The notes under the pieces are model-generated. The model ran no database searches. It had not been told where the DNA came from and was given only the letters and a program-made list of their open reading frames with translations. Of a DNA stretch of 64,000 bases, positions 53,852 to 64,000 are shown piece by piece (position 1 is the stretch's first letter; every line of letters starts with the position of its first letter). The stretch is from contig OZ037768.1 of assembly GCA_964035545.1 (NCBI GenBank), positions 3,070,741 through 3,134,740 on the forward strand, given 5' to 3'. The stretch is from Bugula neritina (lineage: Eukaryota > Animalia > Bryozoa). Position numbers and translations under genes: made by a program.

Positions 53852-54318
53852 AAAGGTAAGTTGCTAACGTCACAACAGAACTCTATGATGACATGTCATG
53901 TAATGATATGTTGTGAAAAGCCATTAGACTCTAAATTACCCGTGATGAGCGTTGGCTGACTGGGGGGGAGGGGGGAGGGGGGGTGAAAAACAGGGCCGGT
54001 GCAGGCGCAAGAGTAGAATATGTGTCAACATGATCAACATAACATTATGTAATATAATATTACAGTATCTATATATTATATAAACAATATTATAGTATTA
54101 CTACAGTCACTATCTATGTGCATATATTATAGCAATATTACAGCTTCCCTTTCAATATTATATCATCTAGTAATACAATCTCTCTCTCTATATATGACTG
54201 TATATTTTAAAAAGCAGATACACCTTACAGTTGGAGCTAAAGACTTGACCAAATGAAAGAAAATGGACAAAATGAATTAGAAGTAAAAAGAAATCAGCAA
54301 AAGTTATTAATATATTAC

Positions 54319-54401
54319 CTTGAAGGGTCAAGTTGGTGGCATTTGATGCCACCACGAGTTTACTGATTTCTACTTTCAAATTGTTTAGAAGCTCTGCTGA
54401 C
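54319..54401 (-). other. Candidate non-coding 5' UTR exon of the PRRT-like gene
   Basis: Minus-strand acceptor GTTTTGTAG| and donor CAAG|GTAATA bracket 83 nt. Further orphan minus-strand donors lie at 55001 (GTGAGT) and 60110 (GTAAGT). Confidence 0.4.
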
Positions 54402-57400
54402 CTACAAAACATAGGCAGCAAAATTTTAGAACATAAATAACAAAACCAACTGATGCCTCAATGAGTTGATAAAACAGTCAAGAAGTTAAGGAACTGTTTG
54501 ACTGTTTTTGAGGTGTGGAACCGTCATGTTTACAGTTAGTTGAGTGAATTTGCTTTTCAGATATTAAACCAAACCCTAGATACAGAAATGTTACTGACCC
54601 CAGAGACTATGAAATGTTTTCCAAGGCTGATGAGTTAATTAAATCAATTCTCTGTCAACAAAAAACAAAAACAATGTCAATCTAACTGCTGGCAGGTAAA
54701 ATTAATTAGCCAGGCTCTGAAGTAGAATACAATAGCTGTAACTAAGAAGATAAACAATCATAAATCAAAGTACAATAGTGCTCATCTCAGTATCTCCTAC
54801 ATAGCCTCTGTTCTAGCAAAATTCTGCTACCACGAAAAGTTAGCTAGCTTAAAACATATACTTGACTCGAATCAAAGTTTTAGGAAGAACTTATTCATTC
54901 GAAAGTGTAGAATTTTACCTCCAAGAGTTGAGAAAATCGAAGTACAACTTTAAAGAACACAATTGCAAACTATGGAGATCTAGAAGCTTCCATTTACTCA
55001 CCAGATGTAGCAGAGAAGAACTGAGAGTGTTGGACAAAATAATCCCAGTGTTTATGCAGAGAATGGTTGAGTCAGACAACTGATTCACAATGTGGTGATT
55101 CTACTTTCTAGTGGTGACAGACTGATGAGTGTATAGCAAGTACTAGTAGTAGTAGATAGCCATATAATGACTATACCATGAGTTTAAGAGATAATCAAAG
55201 TGCATGCACTCAAGAAATGATGGAATAGAAATGAATAGTATACCAGCATGTCCCACAGAACATTTCAGCATGTGGATAAGCGAATAGGTAATGCCTCAAA
55301 GCGCAATGTGATTGTACGATGAATGTTGCTATAGTGTTGATTGGATGGGTGGTGCTTTCTATTTGCAGATGATGGGTGGAATAATTATATTACATTTTAT
55401 ATAACTACATGGTTAATTAAAACTATAACTCAGTCAGTTTTTTATCATGAAGTGTCTGATTTGACCAATATTGGCGAAATTTGAAGTGCAAAGACACCAT
55501 AATAGCTGAAATTTCACTGATAATGTCTATAAATATCTTAGATACCCAAGAGTGTAAATGGAGCAGTCATTGCCTGGCATATCATTATAAACAAGCCTTT
55601 TAAGATCTTTGCTAAAGGGAAAAAACTCAAACTTGTTATTTCAGCTAAAAGTTTCATAATAAACAAACTTTATTAGATAAACTTCAAGTTGAAAGTTGAT
55701 ATAATATTTACTTTTTCAAATACATTGTTGAATAGTGTTGGTTTATTTCGAACAGCTGAACTTATTTATGGACAAGTGTGGAGGAAAGGGCTAACAAAGG
55801 GCAAACAGTTCAAGAACAAAATTTTACCAAAATAATTTCTATATAACATTTTAAAATGCATTTTTGGCAAACCGATTTATTAAAACTTACAAAACTGATG
55901 TTTCTTCAGCAATGATTGTTATCTTCCAAGTTCAAACATGCCACTCTATATTCAAACATGCAGTTAGACCATCTGATAGAGTTAGTGCCAACTTTACATA
56001 GATATCTAACTTCAAAGGTGTTGTAAGGAGCTAATTAGTATAGAAGGGCCATGGGCTATGATCAGATTACAAGGTTAGTTTATGTAAAGAACAAATGCTA
56101 GCAGATATACAGAAGCATACTATAAAATAGAACAACGGTTATTATTCCATTATCTCTATTAATTATACCGGATTAATTCAACTTTTATAGAATCTCACAA
56201 GGCTATGTGCTGAAAATACTTTACATCAAGGCGTTTTGTAATCTCACCCAGCATAGCAACTCTAATGATATATCATTGGTGACAAATTACTAAAGGACAC
56301 TCCATTTACATTTTTATGCATGTAACGCCAGGCATAACTAAATGCAAGATCAAGTGATATCAAAGACACAGAATAATGTATCTGCGAAATTAACTTTAAG
56401 ACACAACTAGTTGACTTCTGCTTTACCAATCTCAAGAAAAGTTTCATTATCTATATTTCAAAAGGATGTAATATATTCTAAGATTCAATAATGAAAGACG
56501 AATCAACTTTTTAAGAAGAACAGTTCATACAATTTTTAAAGGTGATAGATTTAGCGCAGATAAAGAAAGGCAAATCTACAGCCTTTTATTGAGTCACACT
56601 ACATGAAGATTGAACATGGAATCTATTCTGTGCATTACTTCGTAAATATTAAAGTGTTTAGTATTCGTTTTGGCTCAGTTTCACCATTGAATCTTCGCAT
56701 CACCAGTGTTCATAGCAGTATGGAGCAAGTTTATATTTCTTTTCACAAACTGGTCAAGCAACTCACTAGATAATTATATACAAGCATGTGCACTAAGCCT
56801 GTTTACTCTAAGGACAGCATATTACATGATGCAAGAGTCCAGCAGCAGTGAAGAAATATATTTGCTTTTATTGGCCGTTAGCCAACCTCCTTTATAGTTT
56901 ATAGAATATATTATGCACTGAGCAACAAATTGTTACAGAAATAGCATTAGAAGAATTACCCATATAAATCAGCTATGTTCTATTTCATTGAATAATATAT
57001 AATGAGTAATATTACATTATGCATGTAACATCAAGCATAACCAAGTGCAATTTAACTTTAGATCAAAGGCACGGAATAATAGAACTTGTCAAATTAATTT
57101 TCAAATATTACAGACTAGTTCCTGTTTTATCATAATATTTTCATTTATCATTAATATGAGAGTAACAGAAAGTGATAGGTTTAGCACTTTAGCTGAACGG
57201 GTTCAGCTTATACCTGAGTACTAATGTAGTGCGCTACTTCCGCACTTAAATTTGGAAATAAGCTATACTAGCATACATAATGCTAGTATAGTCTATTATA
57301 GAGCTATTAATTACACCTGGACAAGAATGGCTGCCATGTCTAACAAAAGGTTAGAATTACATTATAGCACACTGAAAAAAAAACTATTATTTAATGTTAC

Positions 57401-59372
57401 AAAACTTTGAAATAGGAAAAATAAAATGTAGTCAATGATATCTTTTAGGCATGAATCAGGCAAGAATAGATTTTAGCAAGTGTTGCAGCATAAGGTGTCT
57501 GCCAAATCCCAAACTAATAGGAAACTTCCGTGAAGTAAAGAATGACATCTTAGTACACAAGTGAGATGAGATGTTCATAGGCAAGTGACAAAAGGTTAGC
57601 ATTAAACAGCATTGGCCAGCATCTACCTTATAATGAACAAGCATCTCCATTTGTGTTCTAAAAATACCATCACCAAAGTTACCGAGTTGATGATTAAAAT
57701 GACTTTGGATTTGATCGAAGTAAAGGCAAAAAATATGAAACAAAAAATAAAAAAATTAGAAAAAATGGAAGAGTAGTAGTAGCGTAACGAAATACTTCTG
57801 AAATTATCAGAAATGAAAGAGAATATACTAGTATAAAACAGGTATACAGGTGTAGATTTTATTACTAGTAAACCACGCAAGTAATTGTTAGTAGCATGTC
57901 ATCTCTAGTAGTACCAAATGTTATGAAACAATGATTCTGTATCTTTTCAAACTTGCAATATCTGAAAACCCAGGGACTGAAAATGGCCAAATAAAAATTT
58001 ACCTCTTTAGAACTTACAGTGTTTTCAACCTTATTTGATATAATGCCACTCAAATACATTTATCAAAATAAAGCATATATTGTAATAGTTTTATTTAAAT
58101 AAAACAGAGCACAGCCAACCATGTATAGTTCTTATGACAATTTATGTGATTTAAACTTGGCAGAAATTATAACTATTCTATTAACTTAGTTGATCTAGCC
58201 AAGTGTTCAAACTTATCAAGATGAGAAGTTCCAAAGCGCTACAAAAACACAGTTTAACTGCAATATAGGAAAACTATAAAATATTGTTGGGCATGTATTG
58301 AACATAATGTTATAGCATTAAAAAACCAAAATGTCAGAGAAGGAAAAGCAACTCCAAATTATTTGCTCTCTTTTTAAGTAATGAAAAGTATTTTTATATT
58401 TTTAAAGAGCAAAGAATCATTATATAGTAAAATAAACTAGTATATCACATTACTGGGAAGGTTAGTACAAGGCACAAATGTTATTTCTATTTGGTTAAAA
58501 TAAAGCTAGTCTTAAACTAATATATTTTAAAGTATATCATTTCAACACTAAAAGTATGGTAGTGTTTACGATGACATATTGGTAAAGGCACTTGTGCATT
58601 CGTTTAAGGGATTACGTTTTATTATTTACCACAGTTTTATGCAGTCAGCAGCCTATTTAATTATGCTAGATTCAACACCCAAAAAGAGAAATAATGTTAA
58701 CCATTTAAGTCATGTAAAGATTTGAATTCATTTTAAAACTTTTCTATAGACGATATACTATGAAAAAGTGTATCCACACCAACAGACACCTAACAGCTGG
58801 CTTTAGCAATAAAGATAATCAAAATATTGCTGTTCTACAAATCTGAGAAGTGCGGCCTGGGAAAGGATTAAACTATGCTTATATTCAGTTTGATAATATT
58901 TACAAGTTAATCTACTGCTGCTGCCGTAGAAGGCTTTTACAATAATCTTTTGATTAGGCACCCTGACTAGTAGATGCGGGAATAAAACTCTTTAGCTCTG
59001 AAATATATTAAGTTAATGAAAATGAATACAGAACTAAAATGAATGGTTAGCATATCCATTATCTACATTCGTTTATAATATAACAATATTCTTAATTATG
59101 GTAAGCTAAAGAAATGTATTTACACAAGTACCACTACCACTAATTTGTCAATGAGTGCAAAGAACTGAGTCTAGGTAATAAGTATTATCATAACCCTTGT
59201 GATATTATAATGCCCTTTAATCAGTAAAATGATGAAGCAAGCTTGCATTAAAGCAAAGCATAACAAATTATACAGCAACACAAAAGAGATATTTATTTAA
59301 GTTATTAAATTTCAAAGAGAGGAAACAAAAACCTAACAATTAGGTCATACATGTATATAATATATTGAATTG

Positions 59373-59544
59373 GTTGCATGTTAAAAATAATTGATTAAAT
59401 TTACAGTATTTTTGGTTAAGCTACTATGCAAACACCTATATGTAATACGCAGATAGATTGCATATAGCATATTATATATAGGTGTTTGCACAGTAGCTTA
59501 ACCAAAAAGATTGTAAATTCAATCAATTATTAATAATTTGCAAC
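59373..59544. repeat. Long inverted repeat (78-bp arms, about 10 mismatches, short spacer)
   Basis: 59373-59450 aligns without gaps to the reverse complement of about 59467-59544. Confidence 0.9.
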
Positions 59545-61549
59545 TAACAGCCTATATCCAACATAGATTAATAGAGGGAGACTGCTACTTAATAATTTCA
59601 AGTCTTTTTTGTAAAGCAAGTGTTCAAGACAACACAACTTGGAACAGTCTTCAAAATTAATAGCAAGCATTTAGATTTTTGTTCTGTTAAATTTCAATGA
59701 CCAGATAGGATTTTGTTGTAAATTTACAGTCAACTAATTTCAGTAATATTGGAGAGCTCTATCAGTCATGGCAATTAAATTGCATTTCTTTTTTATAGTT
59801 TCTAGATGAATATAAATATTCAGTATAGTAAAAACTGACAAAACCAAGTTATTTTCTATTTTAACTGTTACAAGTTGATGCATGTGTGAATTTGTATAAA
59901 TAATGCACCTATGAATGTCTATGTAAGTATTAGAGCGATGAGACAAGATTTGTATTAAATACATGCAAGTCAATTCAGAATAACCAATTGTGATACTCCA
60001 ACACCTACAAATTGCACATTCACCCAAAGATCTAGTTTCTCCACAGCTTGTGATAATCATAACATAGCATAGTTGTCAACTAGCTGCAGCGCTATTGAGC
60101 CACAAAGCCTTGTTAACAGCATTATATGCATTCACTTTAGACTAAATATAACAAAAACAATTACACTTACCATGCCAAAATACAAATGAAAATCATAGGA
60201 ACAACTATAAAAAGATGAGTTTGATTCACATCTATAAATGAGACTGATGTTGATTATAAACTCAAATTAAAATTCAAGTGTAATGAGCATAGCTTTAATT
60301 TATAGTGGTATACCACTATTAAAGATAGTACAACTACAAGTTTAACATTATATATAACTATAAGCACATGGCTAATCTAGGATTTAGTCTAGTGATAAGA
60401 CTAATGAGTTAGAAATGACATGCCATGACAAAGTAAATCTGTTTATGGCAAAATAAATGCACGATTATTGACAATTGTTATATTTCATTATTTAAAAGCC
60501 AAAATAAAGATAAGACTACTATTACTAATAACTTAAACTATGACTATCAGTATCAATAATTCATTCAACATGTCTGTTACAGTATTGTGAAAAGAAAGCT
60601 AAAACACCACAATCACAATAAGTCAATAATCATAATATAAATCATAATGATAATGTATAAAAAATCTTTTCTTGTAAATAAGCACAATCAACTGAATTAT
60701 AATCATAATGATAGTGATATATCATATATCACAGTACGAGTGTGAGCATCACTATCTGACAGTGAGTGTGACTATCGAACTCTAAGTCTAAGTAGTAAAT
60801 AATATATGAGTATCTAACATTTTAACTTCTAAGAGTAAAACTAAAAGTAAGTAATTTACTTTTACAGTTTTAATTTTAGCGATTGACTGACAGTGAAAGC
60901 GACTGTCACACTCAGCCTCACAGTCAGTGTCACTGTGAATCACTGAATGCGATTCTTTTCAGTACTCATAGTCATACTTTCTTCAGTTACAATTTCTTAA
61001 ATATTATTTAATAATTATTGAACTGATTAAAATATACCTGATGATTTTATACTCAATTCATTAACCACAAGCACTTGCACAAAGTCAAATGAGCATGGTA
61101 ATGGTGTACTTTCAAATTAAAATTGGTGTACTCCCATCTTTCCTATAAAAGCCCTAAGATCTCAAAAATGTAAATAAAGAATTTTAGGTTATGTTTTTCA
61201 CTTCGTCAATTATTTACCTAAGTTTATTATAACCATCTCATGAAACGCGAAAAGAGGTCAACGTATTTTTAAATTGCACGTACAATGCTCAGTACTTATT
61301 GTACAATTTTATTTTTGTATGCCATTTTATGTTTTCGCAATTTTTTCCATTTCTAGACAGGAAATGCAGGGAGTGTAAAGTTGGAAATTTTTGTCAATTG
61401 ATCATTTTCAATTTTGGTTCTTGGTCAACTTCATTGTTTATACTTCACCATAGCTCTCAGTTCATAATTAATCGCTATACGTTTGGTAACAGCTTGACAT
61501 TTTAGGCTTTTTCTAACTGTACGCATATGTTTTGAAGGATGCTTGAAAT

Positions 61550-63818
61550 ATGAGCGTACGAAAGGAAGCAGACATGTTTGTCAGTAGAGCCTTAGAAAAA
61601 ATTCTAGCTGATAAAGAAATAAAAAAGCCAGCCTATTCGCAGTTGAAGAAGACATGCCAGGTTGCTTTGGGTATGTTCGTAGTGATAATTATCTATTGTC
61701 GAGATTACTAATAATTCACTAATACTAATAGTAATTCAAATTGTACTTATGATGATCATAATATTAATAATAATATTAATCATAATGATAATATTAATCA
61801 TAATGATTAAATTTAATGATCTCATAAGTGTTCATATTGATATTCATTAATGAATATCAAAATGACTATCATGAAACAGTCTTTAAAGTTGTACCTGAGC
61901 ATAGTTAAATTTTGGTAGATTGTTTAAAACCCTAGTTCCTTTTGTTTCAGAGCAAATCAAAAAGGACCCAGCAAGTGAAAGGTAAGTTTTTAATGCCATT
62001 TGTACGACGTTTGTATGGTTTTTCTAAAATTTAAAAGAACTAGCATGCTAGAAAAATATAAAATAATTTAATTATATATTTTTATAGTTTACTTTAGTGA
62101 TGCTACAATGTGTAAAATCCAAGTTCAATGTTCATTGTTTTTTTATCAAACTCAAAGCTATATTCCAACATTTATAAATATTTTTTTTTGTGTCGTAAAA
62201 TAAAGTATTAATTGAAAAAACCTTTTACAGAGTATTCAGCAACGGTTTTATTCAATGAAAATTATGGAGTTCTGGTTTTTATGGTTTGCAATTGATGTGA
62301 TATACTTTATGAAATGTATGATTATAGTTCTACAGTTGAAGATACTATGAAATGTTTACATATAGTCTAATGTTGTATTATCACAGTTCTACTGGAGATA
62401 GTGGAACCTTACCTCAACCAGTTGGAGATGAAGAAAGCGTTAAAGTTGAAAAGTATATTTTACCCTTTGAGCTCGCTTGCCAGTCGAAACATAGCAGGTT
62501 TACCAACACCTCCCTAGACGTCTTGCAGGTAGTTTTTTCATCAAATGCTTAATCAGTTCTTTTTTTTCGTGTCAAGGAAAGGCTTGGTAATCACTAAATA
62601 AGTTAAAAGTCCATTACTAATTCACTGTGTTATGGTAAATAGAAGCTCATAGCCTACGGCCACCTGGTGGGTAACTCAGAAGATGCGATTCATCCCGGAA
62701 AAAGGCTGATAGACAGAGTAGTGGAAACTGTGTGCGCTTGTTTTATTGGTACACAGACTGATGAGGGGGTGCAGCTGCAGATTATTAAGGTGTGTTCTGT
62801 AGTAGATAGTAACTTGTTTTCTTGGTACCTATGAAAGTGCATTCTGCAATGTTTTATATTACTCATGTCTTCCAGTTGTGTAGTTTTATACCGATGTGCC
62901 TTTCTCAATAATATCATAGTTAGTCCTGATATTGTACACGTGATAACAGTAGGAGGTGCTGTAATGATATAGTAGCAATTGCTATATATGTAGTCTGAGG
63001 TTGATTGATATCCCAATTTAAGGATGTTGTGATTTGTAAACAAGTAAATGGGGAATTTTATAGTGCCTGTTGACGGTGATAACCTCAACCAATGTGGAGA
63101 TACACGAGGGTACTGTACTGCAAGTTGTCAGAACCTGTTACAATATCTACCTAGCAAGGTGAGTCGTGATTTGAAACTGCAACTGTCAAACTGGGACAAA
63201 CACTTGTCGAGCTAAGTCACTTGCTTGACAAGTATTAGCCAAACAATGTTATTTATTCATTTTAAAGAATACTCTATACATGTGATAATTTGACCATATA
63301 ATTAGCTGGATGTGACATCGCTTGAGAGAGTATTGCTATGTGTTATGGGGAAGAAGCAAATAATAGTTCTAATAAATACCGGCTACTCTACTGGTGTAAT
63401 TATGACCCATAGTAAGCAGTTCTTGGTTTCTTGCAATAGCTAGGGAAATGTGAAAAGATTTGAACATATCTGAATGAACAACTGAGAACTAGTACTAATA
63501 TTGTGGTAGATGTTGCATTCTGTTTTTCCCTGTAAACTACAAGTAATTTGCCAAGTCTAGCCTTTCCTGTGACTAGCCAAACTCCCTTGTGTGCTCTTTT
63601 TAATGCATCTCACAAGTATGTTATGAAGCTAAAACAGTAATGTACTGGTGTACTATGTTCAAGTGTGGGACTCTGGTTGTAGCAAGAATCTGATAAACCA
63701 GACTACGGCTAAGGGAACTCTCACTCAGATGATAAATGTCATCTTCAGTCGCATGGAGCAGCAGGCTGTGCAAAGGGCAGCTGCGGCAGCGGCTGAGATG
63801 CAGCAGAAAGCAGAACAG
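61550..63818 (+). CDS. ARFGEF1: Brefeldin A-inhibited guanine nucleotide-exchange protein (BIG1/BIG2, Sec7 family), N-terminal DCB region, 3'-partial
   Basis: Exons 61550-61670, 61951-61981, 62387-62528, 62643-62789, 63064-63158 and 63683-63818 translate to [18 protein letters not shown]...[10 protein letters not shown]...[10 protein letters not shown]...[11 protein letters not shown]...[46 protein letters not shown], closely matching the BIG1/BIG2 N-terminus. The two paralogs cannot be distinguished here. Confidence 0.96.
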
Positions 63819-63827
63819 GTGAGTGAT

Positions 63828-64000
63828 CACAGGGTATAGCTGTATGATACATTACACAGAGTATAGCTGTATGATACATTACACAGAGTATAGCTGTATG
63901 ATACATTACACAGAGTATAGCTGTATGATACATTACACAGAGTATAGCTGTATGATACATTACACAGGGTATAGCTGTATGATACAATACACAGGGTATA
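63828..64000. repeat. 27-bp minisatellite (ACAGAGTATAGCTGTATGATACATTAC)n running off the window
   Basis: At least 6 copies starting about 10 nt after the donor at 63819. Confidence 0.95.

Noticed and set aside
53962-53983. G-quadruplex as a regulatory element
   Set aside because: It is a simple G-run with no supporting context.

Overview
This is AT-rich, intron-containing genomic DNA from a metazoan, probably an invertebrate; the species cannot be determined from the sequence. It is not prokaryotic: there are no operons, CRISPR arrays or rRNA. Manual GT-AG splicing gives four phase-consistent genes. (1) A giant + strand gene has 27 exons from 16176 to 41391 (about 2690 aa), probably extended by four upstream exons from 3416 (about 3340 aa in total). 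It encodes an apparently domain-free disordered scaffold packed with short linear motifs and ending in -ISDF. (2) A compact + strand RD3-family protein lies at 42121-42846 and ends in -QSTV. (3) A - strand PRRT3/PRRT4-like protein with a signal peptide and 7 TM segments lies at 52897-44234. (4) The first six coding exons of a BIG1/BIG2 (ARFGEF/Sec7-family) GEF lie at 61550-63818 and run off the window. A separate two-exon ORF starting MGAVHS sits inside an intron of the giant gene. Non-coding features include two tRNA-derived SINE copies, a hAT-like MITE, a long hairpin, several RFX X-box motifs and many minisatellites. All exon coordinates and family calls were made by eye, without database searches.
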